NCBI GenBank assembly: GCA_021842405.1
Contig: JAKBZR010000003.1
Location: 6,496 to 70,495 of the forward strand
DNA length: 64,000 nt
Origin: a bacterium
Lineage (GTDB): Bacteria; Armatimonadota; Chthonomonadetes; Chthonomonadales; JAMCWF01
Reading direction: 5' to 3'
Made by a program: the position numbers and the translations under genes
Shown here: positions 53,962 through 63,022 of the stretch, piece after piece
Layout of the letters: every line of letters starts with the position of its first letter
Position numbering within the stretch: the first letter of the stretch is position 1
Notes under the pieces: generated by a model
Database searches by the model: none
What the model saw: only the letters and a program-made list of their open reading frames with translations
What the model was told of the DNA's origin: nothing

Positions 53962-54849
53962 TTAATCTGAACTCAGTATCAGTACCGGCAGTGCCGCCGG
54001 CTCGATGGAAAATTCAAGTGGCCAGGTTGAAACCGCCTCTCCATCCATCTGCACCGGCTGAGGGCGGTCCCCCGCAATTGAAATCCGCCTAGCCTTTTCA
54101 CATTGCAAATTGCGCCGCTTGTACAGCCGATTCAACATTAACGCTATCCCTTGTTGCAGTAGGGTGAAACCGCCCCATTTCCCACTGTGAGTGACCAAAA
54201 GATTGAGCTCGCCATCCCAGATGCTGATATCGGGATGGAGCGTTCGATTCGCGGCGTAGTGGTTGCTGTTGGCTACAATGACCTGCGGGGTGCGCATTTT
54301 CCGCGTGATGCCATCGTTGTCAATTTCTAAGGTTACGGAGTAGGTGTTAATGAGATGTCGTATTGCGGCGAGTACGGAAGCTCCTCTACCGGCAAGTCGT
54401 TTAAGTCGAGGTGGTACCGCCGCAACCACCCACGCATCGAAACCGATGCCGGTCATCAAGGCGAAGTACCGGTCATTCAAACGCCCCAAATCCATTCGCC
54501 GCACCTCAGCCGTCTTGAGGAGATGGATGAGCTCAGCGAATGGCACGCTTGGATATCCAAGCTCCTTTGCTAACAGATTGGCGGTGCCGCAAGGCAGCAA
54601 ACCAAGCGGCGTGCTGGAGCCGGCCAGCGCTTGAATGACTTCGTGAATAGTGCCGTCACCGCCCACAACCAGCACCCGATCAACACCGTTGCGGACGCCC
54701 TCCCGCGCCAGGATGGTCGCATCGCCGGGTTGCGAGCTCGTTTGTATCTCGACATCAGTCAACCCGCCTTGCGACAATGTGGCCGGCAAATCGCGGAGTG
54801 ACCGGCGGGCATGACCCGCATTTGGATTAACGATCACCAGCCAGCGCAA
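53962..54849 (-). CDS. Diacylglycerol/lipid kinase family protein (YegS/BmrU-like)
   Basis: The motifs VIVNPNAG and VLVVGGDGTIHEV are present. The TTG start follows an AAGGAG RBS. Confidence 0.8.
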   Translation of the reverse strand: MRWLVIVNPNAGHARRSLRDLPATLSQGGLTDVEIQTSSQPGDATILAREGVRNGVDRVLVVGGDGTIHEVIQALAGSSTPLGLLPCGTANLLAKELGYPSVPFAELIHLLKTAEVRRMDLGRLNDRYFALMTGIGFDAWVVAAVPPRLKRLAGRGASVLAAIRHLINTYSVTLEIDNDGITRKMRTPQVIVANSNHYAANRTLHPDISIWDGELNLLVTHSGKWGGFTLLQQGIALMLNRLYKRRNLQCEKARRISIAGDRPQPVQMDGEAVSTWPLEFSIEPAALPVLILSSD

Positions 54850-55053
54850 GGGTCAACTCCTTTTGGCTGATGTCCGCTCGGAAAATGCCAACCCAACCGC
54901 CAGGGATGAAAAAAGCAGGATTTACCATTCGGCGGAACCAATATGGTGAGAACTAAAGTTGAGAGCTTCATGGTATTTCCTGAAATGTCGCTTATGTCCG
55001 AGTTGTCCTTCATCATTCCAATTAATATTATGTTCGCTTACAGGGAGAATTAG

Positions 55054-56922
55054 ATGGCTGTAATGAGCTGCGATATTTTGGTAGTAGGCGGCACGCTGGG
55101 TGGATGCGCCGCCGCACTCGCCGCTGCTGAGATGGGCGCCCACGTCTGCCTGATCGAGCGCTCCAACTGGCTCGGCGGTCAGCTTACCGTTCAGGGTGTC
55201 TGCACGCCGGATGAAAACCAGTGGATTGAGACGACCGGCTGCACCGCTCGCTATGCTGCGGTTCGGCAAGCGATTCGCGATCATTACCGAAATCATTACC
55301 GGCTCAGTGAGACCGCCTCCCGCAATGCCGAGTTCAATCCCGGTTCCTGCTGGGTGAGCCGATTAAGCGTGGAGCCGAGGGTTGGCGCAATGCTTTTGTT
55401 AGAGAGGTTACGTAACTCCAGAAACGGCGGCCCTATTCAGCTCGTTTTTAATGCCCGCCCAATTCACTCTGAGGTGAAAAAAGATCGAATCCAAGCCATC
55501 ACCTTTTCGGACGCTGACGGCAAATCCTTTCAGGTTAATGCTCATCAGTACATAGATGCAACTGACATGGGCGACCTGCTTCCGTTGACCGGAGCGGAAT
55601 ATCGCCTCGGCGCCGAAGGCCGGGATCAGACCGGCGAGCCGGACGCGCCGCCCGATCCCCACCCCGACTGGATTCAGCCTTTCACCTACCCCTTCGCGCT
55701 CGAGATCAGACATTACGGTGAAAATCATCGCATTACCCCGCCATCCGACTTTGACGAGCTGAACAAACTTCAACGCTTCCGCTTCTTCGACGGAGCGATA
55801 ACCGGCGCCTTCACCGGAAAATATCCTTGGTGGAGCTATCGGCGTATCATTGCGGCGGCAAACTTTGAGGATCCCCACTTTCAACACGATATCGCGATGG
55901 TCAACACCGGATCCAACGATTATCAGGGCGGAAATCTGTTCGGCAGCGAGGAGGACATAAGATATCACCTGGCGCGAGCACGGCGGGCATCGCTGGGATA
56001 CGCCTACTGGTTGCAGGCTCATGCGCCCCGTGAAGATGGTCGCGTTGAAACCGGCTATCCGGAGCTTCGATTGGTAAAAGAGCTTTTTGACACGGAGGAT
56101 GGCATCGCACCCATGCCCTATATTCGGGAATCACGCCGAATTGTGGCGATGTGCACAATCCAGGAACAAGACATCGTCGCCCGCACATCCGAAGGTGAAA
56201 TTTGCAATTCCGGCTCTCGCGCGAGGGCTTTTCCCGACACAGTGGGAATCGGGCACTACTGGCTGGACATTCATCCCGGAGGGGGCGGGGAGGCGGGCCG
56301 CTTTATGGAGACGAGGCCATTTCAAATTCCGGCCGGTGCCTTGGTACCGATGAGATTAAGCAATCTGATAGCCGGTTGTAAAAATATTGGGGTCACCCAC
56401 CTCACCAACGGCGCCTACCGTCTGCACCCGATTGAATGGGCAATTGGCGAGGCAGCCGGCACTTTAGCCGCTTTGTGCGTGCAGTCGAGCACTGATGGCT
56501 CAGCGATCATTCAAGCCGGCCCGACGCTGCGTCGTCTCCAGCGTATCCTCGTTCAAGGTGGAGCGCCGATCTGCTGGTTGACCGACATCCCTTACAATCA
56601 TCCCGCATTTGAGGCGGCACACCTTCTCTCCGCCGCCGGAATCTGGCCGCTTTCCGACGCTGATCTACTGTTCCGACCCGATGATCTGCTTTCTCAATCG
56701 GAGGCCATTGAGCTGCTGAAACCCCTTTCATCACAAATTGCACTTCCAAACGCTACCCTGTTCGAGCCGATCCGGGCCGACCGCTTCGCGGTGCTTCTGG
56801 CAGAAACGGTTCAGGCCAGTGCCACCAACGCCGGAATTTTAGACCCCTTATTTCGTAAACCGAATCCAATCTCCCGTGCGGAAGCGGCCCTCGCTATCCA
56901 TTCGGTTATAGGAGATGGATAA
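55054..56922 (+). CDS. FAD-dependent oxidoreductase (FAD_oxidored-like) with an SLH-like C-terminal region
   Basis: The dinucleotide-binding motif CDILVVGGTLGGCAAALAAAEMG lies at the extreme N-terminus. The C-terminal ~110 aa contain SLH-like strings (FEAAHLLSAAGIWP..FRPDDLLSQSEAIELL; NPISRAEAALAI). Confidence 0.65.
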   Translation: MAVMSCDILVVGGTLGGCAAALAAAEMGAHVCLIERSNWLGGQLTVQGVCTPDENQWIETTGCTARYAAVRQAIRDHYRNHYRLSETASRNAEFNPGSCWVSRLSVEPRVGAMLLLERLRNSRNGGPIQLVFNARPIHSEVKKDRIQAITFSDADGKSFQVNAHQYIDATDMGDLLPLTGAEYRLGAEGRDQTGEPDAPPDPHPDWIQPFTYPFALEIRHYGENHRITPPSDFDELNKLQRFRFFDGAITGAFTGKYPWWSYRRIIAAANFEDPHFQHDIAMVNTGSNDYQGGNLFGSEEDIRYHLARARRASLGYAYWLQAHAPREDGRVETGYPELRLVKELFDTEDGIAPMPYIRESRRIVAMCTIQEQDIVARTSEGEICNSGSRARAFPDTVGIGHYWLDIHPGGGGEAGRFMETRPFQIPAGALVPMRLSNLIAGCKNIGVTHLTNGAYRLHPIEWAIGEAAGTLAALCVQSSTDGSAIIQAGPTLRRLQRILVQGGAPICWLTDIPYNHPAFEAAHLLSAAGIWPLSDADLLFRPDDLLSQSEAIELLKPLSSQIALPNATLFEPIRADRFAVLLAETVQASATNAGILDPLFRKPNPISRAEAALAIHSVIGDG

Positions 56923-57006
56923 ACACGGCTCCGCATCGTAAATGCTGAAAGGTGCGGGGGGCTTTTCCTCGGCGTCGTTACGGAGAGAGTGCCCCCACCT
57001 ATAAAT

Positions 57007-57768
57007 TTACTCCAGGTCTATGATTTGGCCATCGTAAGCTAACTCCACTCCAGGAGGCAGAGCCGCGTTGGTGGCATCGTGGTCGAAGTGGTGGGAAAGG
57101 TGGGTGAGAAGCGCCCTTTTCGGTGCGAGCATCGCGATTACATCGAGCGCCTGATACAGGCCGAAATGGGTGGGATGCGGATCGGGGCGCACCGCATCCA
57201 GAATCAGCAGGTCTAGGCCTTTGAGTTGCTTCATAGAATCAGGAGGTATCTCGCTGACATCGGTAACGTAAGCAAAACGGTTGAATCGAAACGCTTGGAT
57301 TGGCAGGGAACCGTGCATCACGGTAAAGGAATGGATATCCATTCCAAACAGCTCAAACTTGAAAGTAAGCGGCCTTAAATTTAACTGTGGCTTACCTCCC
57401 GCCGGCGGAGTCTCGATAAACACATAGCGGAATATACGCTGGATATCGGCCAATGCGCCCTCATCGCCGTAGACCGGTATCTCTTCGCCGATCAGATCGT
57501 TAAACCGCCGGATGTCGTCCAGGCCAAAGATGTGATCGGCGTGAGTATGCGTAATTAAAACGGCGTGAACCTGATTGAGCCCCACCGCCAGCGATTGCAT
57601 TCTCAGCTCCGGTGCGGCATCCACCAGCACCGTTCTCCCATTCGATTGAACCACGATGGAGGGACGGGTACGGCGGTTTCGTGGATTGGTTGAGGTGCAT
57701 ACCGAACATTCGCAGCCGATCATTGGCACCCCATGTGAGGTGCCGCTTCCTAAGACGATAACCCTCAT
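57007..57768 (-). CDS. MBL-fold metallo-hydrolase (PhnP/GPD-like)
   Basis: The N-terminus is MRVIVLGSGTSHGVPMIGCEC and the motif LITHTHADH (HxHxDH) is present. ATG 57768 is preferred over the ORF opening at 57807. Confidence 0.8.
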   Translation of the reverse strand: MRVIVLGSGTSHGVPMIGCECSVCTSTNPRNRRTRPSIVVQSNGRTVLVDAAPELRMQSLAVGLNQVHAVLITHTHADHIFGLDDIRRFNDLIGEEIPVYGDEGALADIQRIFRYVFIETPPAGGKPQLNLRPLTFKFELFGMDIHSFTVMHGSLPIQAFRFNRFAYVTDVSEIPPDSMKQLKGLDLLILDAVRPDPHPTHFGLYQALDVIAMLAPKRALLTHLSHHFDHDATNAALPPGVELAYDGQIIDLE

Positions 57769-57886
57769 AATGCGCACATGGTATCGGTGAGCGACCCTCT
57801 CTGTCAAGCCATCCGTCTATTAGCTTTCCGTTACGATGGGGATAAGTCTGTTATCAGCGAGGCGACCAAGCGATGGGCTGGGCAGA

Positions 57887-58102
57887 CTAACTCGCCAGCG
57901 CACCTGACGAAATGGAGACGTTTAGCCTCGTTGCCAGCAGGTCAATGTTTATCACACCAGTACCGCTCTTTTGGGACTCCAAGAATGCGCTTAATTCCAA
58001 TTCAGCAATCTCGATGCCCCAATACGCGAGCACCATCCGCACAGCAGCGGGGACGCAGGTGGTTTGTTGTTCCTGCAAGAAATGAGGAACCGGTAGTATC
58101 AT
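57887..58102 (-). CDS. Short protein (71 aa) resembling only the N-terminal half of a C39-like/papain-fold peptidase domain
   Basis: VPHFLQEQQTTCVPAAVRMVLAYWGIEI fits the Q-x5-C active-site helix pattern of C39-type domains. There is no room for the His/Asp half before the next gene. Its ATG overlaps the upstream stop (ATGA). Confidence 0.35.
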   Translation of the reverse strand: MILPVPHFLQEQQTTCVPAAVRMVLAYWGIEIAELELSAFLESQKSGTGVINIDLLATRLNVSISSGALAS

Positions 58103-58500
58103 TTTGTCTTCGTTTCGCGCACCTCCTTCACCTTCTGCACCCACTCCTTAAGTTCAGGATAGAGGCGATCAAGGATGGGATCGGAAAGCGTTATCAGTTC
58201 CTTTTGAGCCTCTTCGTCCAGGACGTAAATCCCTGAAATCGCATCCACGAACGCATAGCTTCCAGTCGGGTAAAGGTTCGGGTCGTTGTCTGGCGGCACC
58301 ACCAGGAACGGTACCTTCCAGTAAATCTTCTGGCCGTCAATCGCCAGCTCCGGCTCGCCCGCCATAATCATCTGGCCGACTTTCTTCATCAATTCGATAT
58401 TAACCAGTCGCTTGGCGATTACGGCGGTGATGTTCACCTCCGCTTTGATTTCAACCTGAATGGTCGGTGATGCCTGTGTTTCTGTCGGTGAAATCGCCAT
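58099..58500 (-). CDS. Hypothetical protein (133 aa)
   Basis: ATG 58500 lies 8 nt after GAGGAG. I recognise no motif. The gene is translationally coupled to the C39-like fragment. Confidence 0.4.
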   Translation of the reverse strand: MAISPTETQASPTIQVEIKAEVNITAVIAKRLVNIELMKKVGQMIMAGEPELAIDGQKIYWKVPFLVVPPDNDPNLYPTGSYAFVDAISGIYVLDEEAQKELITLSDPILDRLYPELKEWVQKVKEVRETKTK

Positions 58501-58606
58501 TTTACTCTCTCCTCTCATTATCTTTCACCTTCCAGAGATCATCTTGTTTTAAGACCGCTGTCTAAATTATAACACCGGTCGCCGTTAAATCAACCCGAAT
58601 GAGGAA

Positions 58607-58814
58607 GTAGTTCAGTTCTCCAGGAATGATTTTCTAGCAGCATTAGTCGCCCCCCCACCCCAACCCTCCCCCACGAGGGGGGAGGGTGTCATTGCGAGCG
58701 AAGCGAAGCAATCTCTTTCCCCAGCACTCTCCCATGATTGGGAAAAGAGTTGCCTGCCTGGCGGCAGACAGGGGGTGAGGGACTTCTGCCTAAATTACCC
58801 ACAAAACTGAACTC
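58607..58814. mobile_element. MITE-like repeat, copy D
   Basis: The termini are GTAGTTCAGTTCTCCAGGAATGATTTT and AAATTACCCACAAAACTGAACTC. The core CCCTCCCCCACGAGGGGGGAGGGTGTCATTGCGAGCGAAGCGAAGCAATCTC is nearly identical to copy A. Confidence 0.7.
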
Positions 58815-58949
58815 TTTCATCTTATAAGGTGGAGACAGGAATTTGAGCAGTCTCCGCCTTATTCGAATGGGGATAGCGGGCGATCGCTCTAAAAGGCTAA
58901 ATCGCCTCAACTTTTTTTCGAAAAAGTGGATTTTTTGTCTGAAATCCAC

Positions 58950-58978
58950 TTGACAACGCAAATTGGCATTTGTATAAT
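58950..58978 (+). promoter_or_regulatory. Consensus sigma70 promoter: TTGACA, 17-nt spacer, TATAAT
   Basis: The -35 hexamer lies at 58950-58955 and the -10 at 58973-58978. A 9-bp hairpin AGTGGATTT/AAATCCACT abuts the -35. The leader of about 100 nt carries direct repeats of TTATGCGC. Confidence 0.6.
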
Positions 58979-59086
58979 CATCTCAGTTATGCGCTTAATC
59001 CAAAGTATAATCTCTCAATTAATTTATTGATTATGCGCATAAATGATAACTCCATCTCACACCCATTTAGAAAGGAGACCAAAGAG

Positions 59087-59851
59087 ATGCGTCGCAAGCT
59101 CTATCTCAGGAAGGGATTTACTCTGATCGAATTGCTGGTTGTTATAGCGATTATCGCTATACTCGCTGCGATCCTGTTTCCCGTCTTCGCGCGAGCCCGC
59201 GAAAAAGCGAACCAGACGGTTTGTCTGAGCAACGTCAAGCAGCTTGACCTCGCCCTGATGATGTACACCGAGGACTACGACAGCATGATCTATCCCTGTA
59301 TGGGGCGCGGGTATCCCGCGCTCGATGCTTGGGGCTACCACTGCAGCACAACCAACGGTGAGTGGAACGCTGGCTATTTGCCGATGTGCGCGGAAACCGC
59401 ACCCGACGCCGAAATTATTATGCTGAGAGATGCTTTTGACCCCTACATCAAAAACTCCGGCATCTGGTTCTGTCCCAGCGATCCGTATGCTCACCGTCAT
59501 ACCTGCAAAGAGGATCCGAATACACCAAATGTTGGTGGCTATGTGGATACCTTTGCAGACCACTATTACACCAGTTACCGGTTCTACGCTAGCAATATAC
59601 TTTGGGGCGAGCGACCACCGGTGCTAATTGACAATACCGGTCTGTTGCCAGATGTCGGATATGGGTATGGCGATTGTCCTACCCATTGCACTTCAGTTGG
59701 TCCTGCTCATATCCAAACGTTTTCCGAAGATATCGTTGAACACCGTGACCCGTCCGGAGGTGTATTCGGTCTCGTGTACGGGAAGAACGTTGCCTTTCGA
59801 GACGGCCACGCCCAGTTTATGCTGCGTGAGCCGAACCGAGTCTACCCATAA
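59087..59851 (+). CDS. Prepilin-type N-terminal cleavage/methylation domain protein (DUF1559-like, degenerate HX9DG motif)
   Basis: The N-terminus is [46 protein letters not shown] and the C-terminus carries [13 protein letters not shown] 59087 lies 8 nt after AAAGGAGA. Confidence 0.85.
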   Translation: MRRKLYLRKGFTLIELLVVIAIIAILAAILFPVFARAREKANQTVCLSNVKQLDLALMMYTEDYDSMIYPCMGRGYPALDAWGYHCSTTNGEWNAGYLPMCAETAPDAEIIMLRDAFDPYIKNSGIWFCPSDPYAHRHTCKEDPNTPNVGGYVDTFADHYYTSYRFYASNILWGERPPVLIDNTGLLPDVGYGYGDCPTHCTSVGPAHIQTFSEDIVEHRDPSGGVFGLVYGKNVAFRDGHAQFMLREPNRVYP

Positions 59852-59945
59852 GCTGATTGAACAGTTGATTTAGTGGCGGGGGCACCTGCAACCGGATGGT
59901 CTGCCCCTGCCACTCATCCGATAACAGATCAAAGGAGGCCAAACG

Positions 59946-60335
59946 ATGCCACAACGAATCTCGATTGGCAACGCGTCGAGCAGCCAAGATAAGCTATCCA
60001 ACAATAGAACGAAGAGCAATCAGTTGTCGTTTATGGGAAGGCAAGTCGGACCGGCTGTTCTGATCGTAGTGATTGTTCTGGTGGTGCTGGCATTAGGATT
60101 ACTGATCCATAATCTGATGGGGCCCGGCAAAATCAGTGCCTCCGAACAAAAAGCGCTCGCTGCTGTTCAACAGGCGGCACAGGGTAACTGGGAACCGCTG
60201 GAACAAGAGGATGCCAAGCGGAAGCAGCGCGGAGAACCACCAGTCCAATTGCCATCCTGGCTCCATAAACCGACCAACCTTAGTAGCAACCCGAGCGCGA
60301 CACCACCGCAGCCTTCCGATGCGGCTGGACAGTAG
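59946..60335 (+). CDS. Small single-pass membrane protein (129 aa) downstream of the prepilin-like gene
   Basis: An AAAGGAGG RBS lies 7 nt upstream. The TM helix is GPAVLIVVIVLVVLALGLLI. The C-terminal tail is rich in Pro, Gln and Ala. Confidence 0.55.
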   Translation: MPQRISIGNASSSQDKLSNNRTKSNQLSFMGRQVGPAVLIVVIVLVVLALGLLIHNLMGPGKISASEQKALAAVQQAAQGNWEPLEQEDAKRKQRGEPPVQLPSWLHKPTNLSSNPSATPPQPSDAAGQ

Positions 60336-60459
60336 AGATAAATTCATAGCATCATAAAGCATTTCGATAAATAGCCAGTAAAAAAGGGTTATTTTCTCTT
60401 CACAATCCGCGAAGGGGAGAGTATTTTTTCAATTTTCATTACCGTCTAGGGAGACTAAG

Positions 60460-62928
60460 ATGGAGGACATGCCCAAAATAGATCATCGGCACGACCTAAC
60501 CCGTCGCGATTTTTTGAAAGATATGGGGATGGCGGCTAGTGGAAGCTTATTGGCTTTCACCGAGTTAAAGACTGGCCGCGTAAAAAGTAAGAGAAATGAG
60601 CAGAGGGGATGGGATCTTTCAGCCGCCATCATTGTAACCGCCGGCGCTCTCGCTCATCGGGCCGAGCATCAAGCGGCCCGGATGCTCCGCGACGCTATAC
60701 ACCAACGTGCGGGAATCGAGTGGACGGTCGAGGAGGGCATTGATCCGAAACGACCGGCCATTATCATCGCGCATCCCGACCGTGTGCCATCCGGTTTAAA
60801 AATCCCGTCTGGCGGTGAACCGCCGCTTGGAGAAGAGGAAGGATATACCATTTATTTAGATGCACCATCGGGAGGGCCGCCTCACTTATGGCTGACCGGT
60901 GGCAGCGGACGGGCAACCCTCTACGCGGTCGGACGGTTATTACGATGGCTTCACACAAATCAGGCCGGTGGGATCGTTACTCTTCCTCACCGACCCATCG
61001 GCCTTTTGATCTCCACCCAACCCCATTTCCCTCTGCGGGGACATCAGCTTGGCTACCGCAACACGACAAACACCTACGATGCTTGGACGGTGGATCAATT
61101 CGAGCAGTACATACGAGACTTGTTGATTTTCGGGGTGAACAGCATCGAGTTAATCCCGAATCTAGATCCCCATCAACCGGCGTCCGACATTATGCCGCTC
61201 ACCCGCTGGGAGATGAACCGCCGCATTTCCGCACTGCTCGATTCCTATGATCTCGATGTCTGGGCTTGGCTCACTGATGAAGATTGGGATCGTAATAACC
61301 CCAAAGCATGGGACTCGATGTTAAGTACGAGAGAAAAACTGTTCGTAGCGATGCCGAGGCTGGATCATCTATTTGTTCCGGGCGGTGACCCGGGCGACAT
61401 GCCGCCCGAAATATTGCTCGCGTTCTTAGAAAAGTTGGCTCCGGTGCTCCGCCATGTCCATCCGAACGCCGGGCTTTGGGTATCCCCTCAAGGTTTTGAT
61501 CGCGAAAAGTTGGCAACTTTCTATCAGTATCTTCAGAAAAATCAGCCCGATTGGCTCACCGGCGTCGTTTACGGACCTTGGGTTCACGATACATTGGCAC
61601 ATGCACGCCAAGCGGTTCCTTCAAAATACCGGTTCCGCCGCTACCCCGATATCACCCACTGCTGCCGCTGTCAATATCCGGTTCCGGAATGGGACTCCGC
61701 CTATGCCTTTACCCTTGACCGAGAGCCGATCAATCCGAGACCGATCGCGGAAGCTCATATTCATAACCTCTTTATGAACGATGCGGAGGGAACGATCAGT
61801 TACTCGGAGGGCGTCAATGATGACGTAAATAAAGCGATCTGGTCGGAGCGGCTCTGGGATCCAACTCGACCCGTTCAGGATATTCTGGTTGAGTACGGTA
61901 GAGCATTTTTTGGAGCGGAGCACGCCGTGCCGGTCGCGAACGGATTACTGGCATTGGAGGAGAATTGGCAGGGGCCGTTATTAAAAAACCCGCGCCCAAG
62001 GCAGGCGCTCGCTCGATGGCGCCGAATATGGCAGGCGGTCGGTGAATTTGGCCGTGGAAATTGGAGGCTCCAGCAGTGCTATTTCCGCTCGCTTTACGAT
62101 GTCTATGTTCAGGAACGATTGATTGGTGAGACGCGGCAGGAGGAAGAAGCGCTGAAAATACTCAAGCAAGCACGTCGTATTGGGTCGGCGAAGGCGACCC
62201 AATCAGCCCGTCGAATACTCGAGCAACGCTACTCGACGAGAGAAATTGAAGCGATGGAGCATGAAATACTCGATCTTGGGGAAGCGCTTTGGCAAAGCGT
62301 CGGAATGCAAATGAGTGTTCCTCTCTACCACGCCGCAGGAGAAGAACGGGGAGCGGTACTTGATGCTTTAAAGCGACCGCTTAATGATCGTAACTGGCTG
62401 ATAGACCAGATCAAAGCCGTCTTGTCGCTGCCAAATGAGGAGGAGCGGCTGGCTGGATTGGAAAAACTTGTCAATTGGACTGAACCAGGTCCGGGCGGTT
62501 ACTATGATGATTTAGGCAACCCGGCTCGGGAGCCTCATCTCGTGCGCGGGGAAGGATGGGAGCGCGACCCCGGTTTCGTTCGTTCCGCTCTCGATGAATT
62601 TGGCGGAGACAGCCTTAACTATAGGATTTCTTGGAATAATCAGGCTTCCACTCTGTACGATACACCGCTTGAGATGTACTACACTGGGCTTGATCCCGCC
62701 GCTCACTATCGTTTAAGAGTGGTCTATAACGGCCGCTTCAACGCCTTGATGAAATTGACCGCCAATGGTATCTTAATCCATGGCCCCTTGAGGGGAACCC
62801 ATCCCCCATCGGTTATGGAGTTTCCGCTGCCACTCAAAGCGACCCGCCGTGGTGAGCTTCGCTTGAAATGGGAAAAGATCGAAGGTCGCGGGTGCCAGGT
62901 CGCCGAGGTATGGCTGGTCAAAGGTTAG
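60460..62928 (+). CDS. Tat-exported glycoside-hydrolase-like protein with a GH20b/GH67N-type N-domain and a TIM barrel
   Basis: The twin-arginine signal is LTRRDFLKDMGMAASGSLLAF. The N-domain pattern is EEGYTIYLD...GGSGRATLYAVGRLLRWL. The segment FPLRGHQLGYRNTTNTYDAWTVDQFEQYIRDLLIFGVNSIELIP is barrel-like. Confidence 0.5.
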   Translation: MEDMPKIDHRHDLTRRDFLKDMGMAASGSLLAFTELKTGRVKSKRNEQRGWDLSAAIIVTAGALAHRAEHQAARMLRDAIHQRAGIEWTVEEGIDPKRPAIIIAHPDRVPSGLKIPSGGEPPLGEEEGYTIYLDAPSGGPPHLWLTGGSGRATLYAVGRLLRWLHTNQAGGIVTLPHRPIGLLISTQPHFPLRGHQLGYRNTTNTYDAWTVDQFEQYIRDLLIFGVNSIELIPNLDPHQPASDIMPLTRWEMNRRISALLDSYDLDVWAWLTDEDWDRNNPKAWDSMLSTREKLFVAMPRLDHLFVPGGDPGDMPPEILLAFLEKLAPVLRHVHPNAGLWVSPQGFDREKLATFYQYLQKNQPDWLTGVVYGPWVHDTLAHARQAVPSKYRFRRYPDITHCCRCQYPVPEWDSAYAFTLDREPINPRPIAEAHIHNLFMNDAEGTISYSEGVNDDVNKAIWSERLWDPTRPVQDILVEYGRAFFGAEHAVPVANGLLALEENWQGPLLKNPRPRQALARWRRIWQAVGEFGRGNWRLQQCYFRSLYDVYVQERLIGETRQEEEALKILKQARRIGSAKATQSARRILEQRYSTREIEAMEHEILDLGEALWQSVGMQMSVPLYHAAGEERGAVLDALKRPLNDRNWLIDQIKAVLSLPNEEERLAGLEKLVNWTEPGPGGYYDDLGNPAREPHLVRGEGWERDPGFVRSALDEFGGDSLNYRISWNNQASTLYDTPLEMYYTGLDPAAHYRLRVVYNGRFNALMKLTANGILIHGPLRGTHPPSVMEFPLPLKATRRGELRLKWEKIEGRGCQVAEVWLVKG

Positions 62929-63022
62929 CAGCCGGCTTAAATATCCATTACAATCATCACTATACTAAGCCGTTTTTGTTTGGATGAGCCCATGTTGAGA
63001 CGTGATTTTAGGAGAATCTCCA

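Noticed and set aside
57778-58236. A 152-aa + strand ORF spanning the MBL / C39-like junction.
   Set aside because: It overlaps the 5' end of the MBL gene and both small minus-strand genes, its translation is Arg/Ser-rich, and it has no RBS.
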